Assembly: GCA_951406725.2 (NCBI GenBank)
Contig: OX597816.1
Coordinates: forward strand, 25,544,001 to 25,608,000
Origin: Octopus vulgaris
Taxonomy: Eukaryota
Length of the DNA: 64,000 nt
Direction of reading: 5' to 3'
Below the pieces are notes generated by a model. That model was given only the letters and a program-made list of their open reading frames with translations. It did not search any database and was not told where the DNA came from. The translations under genes and the position numbers were made by a program. Numbering within the stretch: the first letter of the stretch is position 1; each line of letters begins with the position of its first letter. Shown here piece by piece: positions 40,719-53,885 of the stretch.

Positions 40719-40921
40719 CTGCAAAGTAGACAAAAATAAAAATAAAAATGAAGAAACATGCGGTATTTAGTTGTTTTATTGATTAATTTTTTTCGTACCG
40801 AATAAAAAACAAACTAACAGACAAAATAAAGACAAAAAGTAAAAACAAAACAAAGCAAAACAAACGAACCCAAATACAAATAATGAATATACTCAAAAAC
40901 ATATACATATATGTATGTGTA

Positions 40922-40982
<61 letters not shown>

Positions 40983-41390
40983 TAAATCTCCCCCACATAA
41001 AAACGAAGAGCAAGCACAGAAAAACAACAACGCGAGAATGTGGAACATGTATAGTATTAGCAGAGACTCGGGGAAGGAAAGAAAGGTGGTTTTACGTTTC
41101 GAGCAAAGCCCTTCTTCAGAAACATGAGAGACAGACGAAAGTCCAATAGAAAAGGACGACGGATGGAAAAGAATCGCCAACGATTCACTTGTATGTATGT
41201 ATGTATGTATGTATGTATGTATGTATGTATGTATGTACGTATTGATTATGTGATTCTATATATTTTTTGTAGGTTTATATATTCTTTACAAATATGAAAA
41301 ATAAAGAAAAGCAATTTAAGAACGTGCGCATGCATTCTCGTGTATGGTTTGTAACTTTATTGCAAACATAATACTTGAGCATGGTCATAC

Positions 41391-41504
41391 CTTCTGAACA
41401 GTCTTTGCCTTCGTATCCAGGTGGACAATGGCAAATATAGTCTGGACCGTTGCTGAAACATATTCCAGAATTTTCACATGGACTACTGTTGCAGGGGCTA
41501 ATTT
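41391..41504 (-). CDS. EGF exon 4 (ISPCNSSPCENSGICFSNGPDYICHCPPGYEGKDCSE)
   Basis: 114 nt, tag/gtatga, six Cys. Confidence 0.92.
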
Positions 41505-41719
41505 CTAGAAAAAATATAACGCCAAAATATAATTTTAATACCCAAGGTTATATTTTGCTAAGTATCGGTTAAAAGTTAAAACTAATAATAAGATATTCTG
41601 AATCTAAAATGAAATATATTACCGGTAAAAGCAACAGAAGCGGCATCTGATTAAAACAGCCATCTATATATCATAGTTAATGTATAGACGCTATCAATAC
41701 TCAGTTACCTCTGTTTTTC

Positions 41720-42137
41720 TTATTTCTTTATTGCCCACAAGGGATTAAACATAGAGAGGACAAACAAGGACAGACAAACGGATTAAGTCGATTACATCGA
41801 CCCCAGTACGTAACTGGTACTTAATTTATCGACCCCGAGAGGATGCAAAGCAAAGTTGACTTCGGTGGAATTTGAACTCAGAACGTAACGACAGACGAAA
41901 TAATTATTTCTTTACAACCCACAAGGGGCTGAACACAGAGAGGAGAAACAAGGACAGACAAACGGATTAAGTCGATTTTATCGACCCCAGTGTGTAACTG
42001 GTACTTATTTAATCGACCCCGAAAGGATGAAAGGCAAAGTCGACCTCGGCGGAATTTGAACTCAGAACGTAGCGGCAGACGAAATACAGCTAAACATTTC
42101 GCCCGGCGTGCTAACGTTTTTGCCAGCTCGCCGCCTT
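41720..42137 (-). mobile_element. SINE family B dimer
   Basis: One head plus two bodies; degenerate flanking direct repeat. Confidence 0.85.
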
Positions 42138-42980
42138 ACAGCGTTACTCCTGTATTTCTGCTTAGACAAATACTGAGACAAAGCGAGAGTTACAGATGCG
42201 TTTCTGCTTTTCGGGGCATTTTCAATGAATCATGTAATACATAAATATGTATTGTAATTAAATCCTGCTTCAGTTGCGCATACCGGAATTTTATTTAGCT
42301 GAGCGGCTGTTCGCAAAATCAGTGAATGTTTTGTCCCCTTATTCTTGTGACTCTCTGTGTGAACATGCCATTGAAAATACCCCCAAACGTCGAAATACAT
42401 ATGGCGTTCTCGTTTGGGACGAATTTTCGGCTATTCCTGATATTCATTTTATTTTTAATACAACAACTCTAAAAGTTGTTGTCGCCGAACACGTACTTTG
42501 TAACTTGCCTAGCGACAGTGTGTATGCATTAAATATGATATATAGATGCCTATTTAATTTATATACTACCCCAATTGCGCATATCAAATATTTAATGAAT
42601 GAATGATTTATTCATTTTTTGTTATACCACAGACGATATATTCTCGTCGGATCTTGAGACTAGTTGCGGGTACGGGTCATGGAAAACGGCTCAAAGGGTC
42701 AAAATATATTTAGTACACAGATTTTCCTCTCTCTGATATCCATTCTATTTTAGCACAGTAAATCCATAAGAGGTTTGATCTCAGGACAAATATTACAGGA
42801 ACTGAATTTTCGGCAAAGTGTAAACACATTATGTATGATGCATAGATGACTTTTTAAATAAATTACACAGACTGTTTATATCAAAGTCATTATATAATAT
42901 AACTATCTTTAACAGTCTAATAATAAATGAATTTTGGCATAAAATAGAAAATAAGTTTAAGAATAAGTAAGTATACATAC

Positions 42981-43094
42981 GATGGTTACATGTTTTGCCT
43001 TCAAATCCGTTCGGGCACCGACAGATAAAGTTCGATTTGTCCTTGTAACACACTCCACCGTTTTCACAAGGATTATCTTTGCAGGGATCAATTT
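42981..43094 (-). CDS. EGF exon 3 (IDPCKDNPCENGGVCYKDKSNFICRCPNGFEGKTCNH)
   Basis: 114 nt, cag/gtatgt; visible in ORF 42829..43101. Confidence 0.93.
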
Positions 43095-43105
43095 CTGGCA
43101 AGAAA

Positions 43106-43173
<68 letters not shown>

Positions 43174-43204
43174 CTTTATTTAAAGCAGCAGAAAATTCAA
43201 CAAA

Positions 43205-43247
43205 ATCTGTTACTCTGAGTTTCTTGTTGCCGTTCATCAGATAGTTT
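43205..43247 (-). ncRNA. Degenerate minimal hammerhead motif
   Basis: CTGATGA-acggcaacaa-GAAACtcagaGTA; stems I and II eroded. Confidence 0.45.
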
Positions 43248-43377
43248 TTGCTAGAATGGAACCGATATATCAATTCAATCTAGACTCTTACAAACGCTAC
43301 ACCTTTAAAAAAGTGGATTTGTTTGATTGGCCCTTTAGAAATAACGGTCAATCTTCGAGCGATAAACAAAAAAAGCT

Positions 43378-43440
<63 letters not shown>

Positions 43441-43627
43441 TATAAAAATTATAAAATTCGAGGAAAAAACCTTACATTGAATAAAATACATATTGACGTT
43501 AATGAAGAAAATATAATTAATGCATAGAAATTAAAACTTATTATAAATATTACACTGCAATATTACTCTACCACTGGTATTTGAGTACTCTTTTTTCCAC
43601 CTTATTTCACATTTATGTGTTTACTCC

Positions 43628-43705
<78 letters not shown>

Positions 43706-44008
43706 TATATATACATACATACACACACAAACACACATATATATATATATCTACTAGCAGAAATACCCGGCGTTGCTTGGGTTAAAGAAAATGATGAAAT
43801 TTTAAAATGCCTTTTAGTTCTCTAACATGAAACATAGACTACATTGGTCTTACTTCCTAGCACCACCTTTAGTCGAGCCCGGGACTTATTCTTTGTAAGC
43901 CCAGTACTTATTCTATCGCTCTCTTTTTGCCGAACCGCTAAGTTACGGTGACGTAAACACACCAGCATCGGTTGTCAAGCAATGCTAGGGGGACAAACAC
44001 AGACACAC

Positions 44009-44107
<99 letters not shown>

Positions 44108-44850
44108 TATACGACAGGCTTCTTTCAGTTTCCGTCTACCAAATCCACTCACAAGGAATTGGTCGGCCCGGGGCTATAGCAGAAGACACTTGCCCAAGGT
44201 GCCACGCAGTGGGACTGCACCCGGAACCATGTGGCTGGTTAGCAAGCTACTTACCACACAGCCACTCCTGCGCCTTTGTGTAATTATGTTCAGATTATGT
44301 CATTCTGAACAGTAATTAGCTTAGATACAAACTATTAATATCAATAACATGTTTTTATGCGATGTTCTCACTGTTAAAATTGTTAAAAAATAGCAAAACA
44401 GGGAGTTCTTTGTCTTTGCAATCACCTTCAATTGTCAGTACTTATTTGAATCACGTTGAACCTGAAAATGCATAAATTTGAGAAGAACCGGCCTGTGGGC
44501 GCTCTCCTCCCTTCAATAAATACATTTAACAAAAATTTTATAAGATGACGTGAGTATAAACAAATGTATTGAAACCTCTGGGAATCAGTCAATATCTAGA
44601 GCTTCTAAATATACGATGTTTTGAATGTGTTCTTTAATTGGTGTATAAATTAATAGATTTCAAGAATATACCGGAACTTGAAACATGTAGGCGCAGGAGT
44701 GGCTGTGTGGTAAGTAGCTTGTTTACCAGCCACATGGTTCGGGTTCAGTCCCACTGCGTGGCACCTTGGGCAAGTGTGTTCTACTATAGCCTCGGGCCGA
44801 CCAAAGCCTTGTGAGTGGATTTGGTAGACGGAAACTGAAAGAAGCCCGTC

Positions 44851-44900
<50 letters not shown>

Positions 44901-45143
44901 GCGTGTGTGTGTTTGTGTGTCTGCATTGCTTGACAGCCGATGCTGGTGTGTTTATGTCCCCGTTACTTAGCGATTCGGCAAAAAGAGACCGATAGAATAA
45001 GTACTGGGCTTACAAAAAGAATAAGTCCCGAGGTCGAGTTGCTCGATTAAAGGCGGTGCTCCAGCACGGCCGCAGTCAAATGACTGAAACAAGTAAAAGA
45101 ATAAAGAATAAAAGAAAGAATGTTGAACAATAATTATACGTAC

Positions 45144-45257
45144 CATCTAAACAATTTTTTCCTTCAAATCCAGTTGGACAAACGCAAACAAATTCGGTGT
45201 CTCTCCTGAAACATCTGCCACCATTCTCACAAGGTTCGGGTTTGCAGGGGTTTGTAT
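45144..45257 (-). CDS. EGF exon 2 (TNPCKPEPCENGGRCFRRDTEFVCVCPTGFEGKNCLD)
   Basis: 114 nt, tag/gtacgt, six Cys. Confidence 0.92.
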
Positions 45258-45740
45258 CTACAAAAGGTAATTGATAAAAATCCTACCATTCTTCGAAGTT
45301 GTATGTGAAATTACAATTAATTTGACGAATGACATCTAGACATATCTACGTACTAAGTGGGCTTTATAATTGATAGTCTGGAAAGATGCTTGCTTCCCAG
45401 CCACACGGTTCCGGGTTCAGTCCCACTGCGTCACTTCGTCTTGCCTTGGGCAGATGTCTTCTACAATAACTCTGGCAGATTAAAGCTTTGAGAGTGGCTT
45501 TGGTAGACGAGATGGAAAGAAGCCCGCCGCATATATATATATATATATATTTACATTTTCATTTTCTGTGAAACTAAGAGGTTTTTTAAAATACTTTTTT
45601 TAAAACCTGTTATTTGACTGTGCAACATTAAAGAACTTTAGAAGTCCGTTTATTATCTAAATCTGATCTTTATAGAACTATCCCTGATGTTTCAGGAGTG
45701 TAGCCTCACCCCCTTAGATGTTTTGAGAACTCAGATGTTT

Positions 45741-45830
45741 TTTCGGCTGATGAGTACGGGTCACTTGTATTTGCTGCAATATTTGCAGCCTTAATAAAGG
45801 TGGTCCTCGTACGAAACAATTGTACCGAAA
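45741..45830 (+). ncRNA. Type I hammerhead ribozyme, best preserved copy
   Basis: TTTCGG-CTGATGA-GTACG..CGTAC-GAAAC-AATT-GTA-CCGAAA; perfect stems I and II, palindromic stem III (ACAATTGT). Confidence 0.8.
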
Positions 45831-45975
45831 TATTGATCCATTTTTGTTGCTTTTTTCTTGTTTATAATCACCCCGCATTATCTTATGGTTAATAACATAT
45901 AGATTTCTAGTGCATCTAAGTTAAGTACCGCATTCATGTGAATTCAACAGAACTCACTTGAATCTTAATTGCTTT

Positions 45976-46033
<58 letters not shown>

Positions 46034-46218
46034 TCCCCATGATAGATCGCTAGCCACTAGACCTTTTTCTATTTTGTCTCCCTGTTTATTTCTGTGTTCC
46101 TTTCTGTCGAAGAGCGTAGGCTCGAAACGTAAAAGACTTTCTCACTTCCGAAGCTTAAACTAATACATCTGTTTGTTGTTTACACATCCGTCTTCGTCTT
46201 TTGTTTCGATGTAAATTC

Positions 46219-46270
<52 letters not shown>

Positions 46271-46649
46271 GTAGCATCATCAAGGTTTCTCGTTTTAAAC
46301 TTTGTGTAAACCCGAGCTAATACGGGATTCCAACATGGACGATATATTTAGAAAATAGAGGGGCTCTATTCGATCAAGTCAATTAACTCAGTAGCACTCT
46401 TACATGTATTTGACTAACGGGGTACTCAGATGAGTACCAATACGACTTGCTATATCTCACTAGGATAATAAGACAAACAATGAAATATTCACTATTTAAT
46501 CCACTAGTTAGTCAATCCACAAGTTAATTTACGATATTAAACAAGTTGTAAATTCAGTATATGAAACAACAATACTTTGCACATTTGTCGCAGTATTAAA
46601 TATAAAATTGAATAGCACAGTTTCTCAATATGGACCAGACCATCAGATG

Positions 46650-47250
46650 CTGTCATACACCGCTGGTCACAATGCGTTTCCAGTTTTATCCTGATTGCGC
46701 TATCCTTTTTCATTTGGTCCAAATTACTTAACTAGATCGTCTTCCCATCGTCGTGGAAGCTTTCCAAGTGGCATTTTCCGATCTGTTGGATACCACTCGG
46801 CAACAGCAACGGTTCCCCTGTTGTCTGTGAAACTTGTGATAAGTCCAGCTTATCGGAACTTGTGCTTTCTCGAATTATTTAATTTCGAGAATGCTCACGT
46901 AATATCACTAGTATGGGTTTTTCCATGGCCCTTTGCGTTTTAGCTAATCGATGTTCTATCCTCTTCGTAGGAGCCCAAGTTTCACTTTCGTATAAGATCG
47001 CCGTTAGGACGGTGATATCGAGCAGTATGGCGTGTATGGTATTGTGAGGTTTTGTTTTGAGCACATCCTTTATTGAGTTACATGCTTTTGAACAATTATT
47101 TCCATATATATTCATTTACTTGGAAGGCAAGAAATAAATATAAATGGAAATACTTGTTTAAAGTATGTTACCTAAGTTTCTATTGGATACAAAAAAGTTT
47201 CAACTGTGACACTTTCGTTTATGCAACTCCAATGCTTATGGAATTATTGA
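46650..47250 (-). mobile_element. RTE LINE fragment
   Basis: AILYESETWAPTKRIEHRLAKTQRAME; related to the 53440 fragment. Confidence 0.75.
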
Positions 47251-47283
47251 ACATATAATATAACTATAAAAAAAAAAACTTAC

Positions 47284-47397
47284 CAATAGAACACTTTTGT
47301 CCTTCAAACCCTTCGGGGCACAGGCAATAATAGTCCGTATTATTTACGATACATTTTCCAAAATTTTCGCAAGTTACGTTTTCACATGGGTTAACCT
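47284..47397 (-). CDS. EGF exon 1 (VNPCENVTCENFGKCIVNNTDYYCLCPEGFEGQKCSI)
   Basis: 114 nt, cag/gtaagt, six-Cys EGF spacing. Confidence 0.92.
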
Positions 47398-47725
47398 CTG
47401 TAAATACCACAAACATTTTAAGCAATATATTTTGATTTGGCACATTCTAAGTCACTGTATTTAACTTCCTATAAGTTATACATAGATATCTGGCTAGCTA
47501 GCTATGTGCATACATACCATCCATCCATCCATCCATCCATCCATCCATCCATCCATCCATCCATCCATACATACATACATACATACATACATACATACAT
47601 ACATACATACGTGAATTTAGCTGTGTTAACAACATCCCAAAGATGGAGCCTTGTATCTTTGTTGGAAACCGGCTCCCTTGGTGGAAGATTTATAATAAAC
47701 AAAAAGTAGAAGAGACACAGAAGAG

Positions 47726-47782
<57 letters not shown>

Positions 47783-49517
47783 TATACACACACAAAAACA
47801 CACGCACGAAAACACACACACAGAGGGTGGGTGAGAGCAAAATAAGCTCGTTAAGGATAATACAGTGAATGTGAAATTACAGTCCAAGTTCCTCATCCAG
47901 GGCCAATACATAGCTTCATATCCTGGGGTGTACCTTATCCTGATCCATAATATATGACGGAAACCCATACTATACAAACCTTCACTTTTGTAAATTATGT
48001 TGCCGAGTCACTCACAGCATTACGCCAACATAAGATCTCTCCTGAAAACTCTTTATTTAACGTATTTCTGATATAATCTCTCATTGCAGACACAAATTAT
48101 ATAGCCCATTATGTAAGGTCATTATAATGTTTTCATACGTTTTCTTGATCTGCTTTGATTTGCAGGTAATCAGTAATAGCAACAATTATAGAAAATTCGT
48201 CGCCCTTTTCAAGTCTAGCCAGGCTCATGGGCCCGGTTTCCCGGTTTCTGTGGCGTATGTGTCCCCCCCACCCAGCTGGACGGGACGCCAGTCCATCGCA
48301 GCGTTTATAGAAAACTAGTCAACGAAAAAACATGCTGAGTGTTGCTCGACTTACTACAAGCAGCAACCAAATCTCCCTCAGAGTGCATCTTCACATCATC
48401 AAAAAGAAGAGAAATGGATGATATATTATGTGGCAAAGAAGTGACTTGTTAGGCATAGCGAAAGCTACTTTGATTACAGGTCTGTTGGGTCAGAGCAGAT
48501 TTGGAGACAAAAAGTAGAAACTATACTTTACGCTTCATCGTACTACAGTACATTACATGAATCAACGAGGAAGCCTTTGCATTTTTGTTCTACCTGCAAA
48601 ACACAGCAGCAACCAAATATCTCTCAAATCTTAAGGCTGGACACTCTACAGCAATATAAACGTTTTTGATAATATGTATACATCCTCTGCGTTTCGAAAG
48701 CCTTACATTCCTGAAAGTTTTGTAATGCAACAGGAGTTCTTATACAAAATGTATTTTTCGATTCACGCCCATGTTTATTCAGTTCCATGAAACATGGAAG
48801 TCAATGAAAGAAATCGGTTTCTACAAGGAAAATTTATGAGACGGTAAAAATCTTCCGGTACGCAATGTTAGAGAAAAGCAAAAAATTCTAGTACTCTAGT
48901 ATATATTCTTTGAAAAAGAAAAATGTATGGTGCTTCTTATACGGCCTTTGAAAAAATAAAGCAATGGATAACCTCTTTAGTCGTGTGTCTAATCGTTCAG
49001 GAACGACCAGGAGCTAACCGGGAGCATCATAACAGAGTCAAAACCAGCAACACTATCACAGACTGTTACAAGAATTTAAAATCAAATCAATATCTATGAA
49101 ACTGAAATGCGAAAAAGTTGTTTGATTTCTTGGTTATTTGTCTCATTTTGGGATGGGAACGGTAGATGGGGTCGGATTGGCGCCAAAATTTACATTAGCG
49201 GGTAAAATGGGGTGGGCAATGGTGTGAGGAGGGTTGCAAGTCGCTCAGGGCTGCCTTTTGGTTGCCATGGTGATGAATATGGGAAAAATTGAGTTTTAAA
49301 GAATATAAAGACGAAGAAAAAAATTTAAAAAATAAGAAAAAGAAAAAGAAGAGGGAAATAAAAAGAACCGGGCATAGAAGACGAACAAAAGAAGAGAGGG
49401 AAAAGGAGACAACACGCACAAAACAACACCACCAAAACCCGAGCGAAGCACAGGTCAAAATAGCGAGTCTATTTTATAAAAGTTTATAACGAAATAATGT
49501 ATTAGAAAAACACTTAC

Positions 49518-50081
49518 TGTTACAAATATCTGCTGATATGTGCTCTTTAATTTCATCAAGGCCACTAAAGTTTTCTGCATAAAATACGTATTCCGAGCTT
49601 GGTTTACTAGCAATGTCTTCTAGCTCTTCTTGAACAGCATTCTCTACTCCTATAGAAAATACAGTAACACCGGCAGCTTTTAAACGTTCTGCAGTTTCCT
49701 TTGTTTTCTCTTTATCAAATGATTTTCCGTCTGTTATTAAGATTGCAATGTTTGGAGCATCTTCTCTATCCCCTTTAGCTGCTGTAAACGAATTCGTACG
49801 AAGATAATCTAATGCTTTATGTGTATTTGTCATGCCACCCTCGTAACCAACTTCCTCTATTGCGTTCTTCAATGAACTTGGATCCTGGTACGTATTTAAA
49901 TCAAATTCTTCATACACTCCAAAGCCATATTTCAGCAGGCCTACGTGAACGGAATCTGACCCGACGGGAAGATTGGTGGCAACATTTTCAACGAAGGATT
50001 TCATAGTTCCAAAGTGTTTTTGGCCAACACTACTCGATTCATCTAAAACAAACATGATGTCGGCTTTACCCTCTTTACATG
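49518..50081 (-). CDS. vWA domain 1 exon (564 nt)
   Basis: cag|..A|GTAAGT, phase 1-1; ADIMFVLDESSSV, TNTHKAL, ILITDG = intact MIDAS; flanking Cys pair. Confidence 0.95.
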
Positions 50082-50366
50082 CTGTAATAAAAGAAAGCAT
50101 AGGTGTTCATCGAAGTAAAATAAATTCTGAAATTAACTAATCAAGTACGATATAAACACGAGTGCTTTTATGCATCACGAGTCCATATAGGAGGTTCTCT
50201 CGTACCAAATAATGCAGTATTCTGTGTTTTAACACAACATAACATAACACCCACTTTAAGTGAGAAATAAATATTAGTTTTAGTATTTATATTGCTTCTG
50301 TCGCTATATATATGTGTGTGTTTGTGAGTGAGTGTCTGTGTGCGTGTATGTAGGTATATATGGATG

Positions 50367-50397
<31 letters not shown>

Positions 50398-50545
50398 GTA
50401 TATATAAATATATATGGGAATGTGAGTATAAGTACGTATGTATGTGTATAAATATATAAGTATATGTGTACATGTGTACATGTGTGCGTGTATATATATA
50501 TATATGAACTCTCCCTATATATACACATATATACATTATACATAC

Positions 50546-50646
<101 letters not shown>

Positions 50647-50854
50647 TATTGAAATGGATAAATGAATTATCTTGTTAAGGATTATTCAAAATTTAATCGA
50701 TCCTGGGTAGCAAAAATCACAACAGAAAAGACACGGTTGAAGTTACGACCTTGGGGTGTCTCAACCGTGTCTTAGCGCGGATAATTGAAGTTCAATATAT
50801 TTAGTGAAGGGAAGAAATGGAGCTGAACGAAGATTCTACATAATTCCTTTTATT

Positions 50855-50939
50855 ATCTTCTACACATGTTTCAAAGGCCGCAGATTTCCAAATTCGGATT
50901 GAATAAGGAGACCATTTGCAGCATTCTCTTCAGGAAAAT
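50855..50939 (-). ncRNA. Type I hammerhead motif in first coding intron, sense to host pre-mRNA
   Basis: ATTTTC-CTGAAGA-GAATGCTGCA..TGCGGCCTTT-GAAACatgtGTA-GAAGAT. Confidence 0.6.
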
Positions 50940-51067
50940 CCAGGAATTTAAAAATCCAAAACAAATGCGCAGCAAGGTAGAACAAAGCGCTCCCTAGGAG
51001 CCCATGAAAGCACAAAACTGTCTCTCACTGTACGTTGACGTCTGGGGGTGGGGGGGTGGAGGCCTTC

Positions 51068-51107
<40 letters not shown>

Positions 51108-51292
51108 CATACATACATACATACGAAGGGTGTTCATTAAAGATTTCCCTTGACCTACTTCCGGTTATTGCAGGAAAGGGAACTTGTGCAAGTATAATCA
51201 TACATTGTAAATTGCAGTTTTTCACTAGTATTCGTTTGTTTTTCAAGAGGGAGTCACAGAGGTAGAAAGTGATATAGAGAAGCAGAGAGAGG

Positions 51293-51337
<45 letters not shown>

Positions 51338-51548
51338 TCAAGATCATTAGGTCGCAGCAAGTGCACTTCGCAAACAAACAGTGAAATATAGGGTGGAGAG
51401 GAGAAGATATATCTCGTAAGAATAGTAAGGTGGGACAGTCGTATTACTGTACTATACAGAAAAAGAATTAGAGACATAACGTGATAAAGTAACCAGTGTG
51501 GAAAGAGAATGAAGTCATAATCATGTGCGAGACGAACGAAAGACTTAC

Positions 51549-51624
51549 AGTTTGATGAAGATGGCTGCAACAACTGGAGGGTCACCAACAGAAAAGAAAA
51601 CGGCGATATCATCACGAACCTCAT
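51549..51624 (-). CDS. vWA/EGF ECM protein, first coding exon: signal peptide MRFVMISPFSFLLVTLQLLQPSSSN
   Basis: ATG at 51624; hydrophobic core; ends AAC T|GTAAGT (phase 1) and joins vWA1 exon in frame (T+CA=Ser). Confidence 0.8.
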
Positions 51625-51735
51625 ACTGAATGTGGAGACGAGAGGAAGCGACCGAATGTCTGGATGCTGTATCTTGTCTCTTAAATATATAGAAGTCTCG
51701 CTCCCCTACTACACACTTAATTGTATGTATATATT

Positions 51736-51783
<48 letters not shown>

Positions 51784-51919
51784 CTATCTATCTAACTGTA
51801 TGTATGTGTACTTGCAAATGTATACATTTGTACATATATGTTTATAATAACGCTCAAAGACACGCAAACACATATTTTAATTGAAAATATTTTTCTTCAT
51901 ATCCTACCATAATATACTT

Positions 51920-51957
<38 letters not shown>

Positions 51958-53439
51958 TAGGTAATCTTTTTGTAAATATTTATCTCGCATTTGATTGTGT
52001 ATCATGGATATTTGTTTTGCTACTATTTCAGTTACAGTTAAAAGTTGTGCATCTTAACGAGCTTTCTGTAGCATCGATGTTTTTCATTACAATTACAGCT
52101 GTTTCATTGCCGTATAATCCACGGCGATTAATAGACAATGGCTAACAATAGGAAGATTTATATTTTTGTATTAGAACATATATCCTTTATGGATTACTCT
52201 TTAATCTCTTATTGTTGACTCAATATCGTTTCTCATAAAATATCAAGTGACTTTCAGTCATCAAAGAAAAACAACTGACGTATTTTATTCAAATAATTAT
52301 GGATATTGATTGTTTTAATTTAGCGTAAAATACAGTAACTGATAAAAATATAAGTATATTACTGTTACTTATTTCGTTATTAGTTTTAAGGGAGATACTC
52401 GTAGGATTTTATTTCACCACAAGTACAAATATCAATTGGAAACAACTAGCCTTGCGATTTATAATACTTTTTCTATATATACTTACTGAAAAAGGAAAAC
52501 GTATATTTCACTGAAATAATTATTTGTTTCATTTTGAAACAAGCATTAGTATAGAAAACTTTATTTTATCCTTTACTTGATTCAGTCATTAAACTGTGGC
52601 CATGCTAAGGCATTGCCTTGACGAATTTTTGTCGACTGAATCTACTCTGGTGCTTAATTTTGAAGGACTGGTCCTTATTCTATCGGTCTCTTTTGCCGAA
52701 CCGCTAAATTATGAGGATGTAAACATACCAACAGCGGTGTTCGGACTAGCTTGCACTGAGTACAATGCGGTAATTAGTCAGACACATAAATCATGGCTAT
52801 CTGTAAGGTAATACCAAGAAAAACTATAAAGATTATGAGAAAAATATTAAACACTACAAAAAACAATGGAGTTAATCCCGCTCTTGGAAGCTAGGTTTTT
52901 CTCGTGTATTTCTTTTTCCTCATATTATATGAGTCAAATCGTACACAGCTCGCTATGCAACCAGTTCGAACATCTCACTTTCTGATCATGAAACTTGAAG
53001 TAGTTCACGTATAACTCGTGTATTCATGAAATAAATACAGTGGTTTCACTCACTGAATTGAGTATTGTCTTTCTTTGCCAGACATATCAAACAGTACACA
53101 CAGATGCGAGTAACAAATTGGGAAAACATTTTTTAAACCCTGGTAGAAATGACTTTTCGCGGTTCTATAAGATACTTTTGTTCAGACATTGGAAAAAACT
53201 GGTTTCCAATGGCAAAATATTTGTCATATACAATGGCAACATACTGTTTTTAAGCTTCAATTTTATATAAACAAATAGTGTACTTGCTTATTAGTTACGA
53301 GCAAAGTGAATGCCAGATTTGTACCACAAATTTTGTTAAAGAACCCACCCCACCCCACCCCAAAAAACTGAAAAAAATTTGGAAGAGGTTTATATCTAGA
53401 TTTTTATGAATTCAAAAAGGAAAACGTTTTGCAGAAGGT

Positions 53440-53885
53440 AAGCCATTTATCCTTATAATTATGCAATGTTATATGGTAGTGAAACATGGGCTACAACAAA
53501 GAGAGAAGAACAGAGATTGGTAACGGCTCAAAGAGCCATGGAGAGGTCAATGCTTGGAATCTCGTTGAGAGAGCACATCAGTAGCGAGGTCATCAGAGAG
53601 AAGTCCGCATCGTAGAATATACACGCAGCAAGTTTAGATGGGCTGGACACGTCGCCCGGCTCACCGATAATCGGTAAACCCGCGCAGTTGTCGAGTGGTA
53701 CCCGCGCGAGCGGTAACGACCACTCGGAAGGCCTCCACGACGGTGGAATTACGACTTCAGGAGGGCGAATGGGATCATGTGCATGAGAAAGGCGCTATCC
53801 AGAGAGGAGTGGACAGCGTGCTGTGACCAGCGGTGTCAAATGGACGCCCGACTGACTGGTCGGTCAAAGTGATCAAAGTGATTAT
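53440..53885 (+). mobile_element. RTE LINE 3' fragment (second copy 61275-61720)
   Basis: LYGSETWATTKREEQRLVTAQRAMERSMLG..WAGHVARL..EWYPR..GRPPRRW; short tandem tail tcaaagtga. Confidence 0.85.

Noticed and set aside
49289-49489. Lys/Glu-rich ORF
   Set aside because: Purine-rich low-complexity intronic sequence with no domain or splice support
50196-50235. Alternative first exon MLCCVKTQNTALF|gtacga
   Set aside because: Phase fits, but it is not signal-peptide-like and the donor is weak; 51549-51624 is a much better candidate
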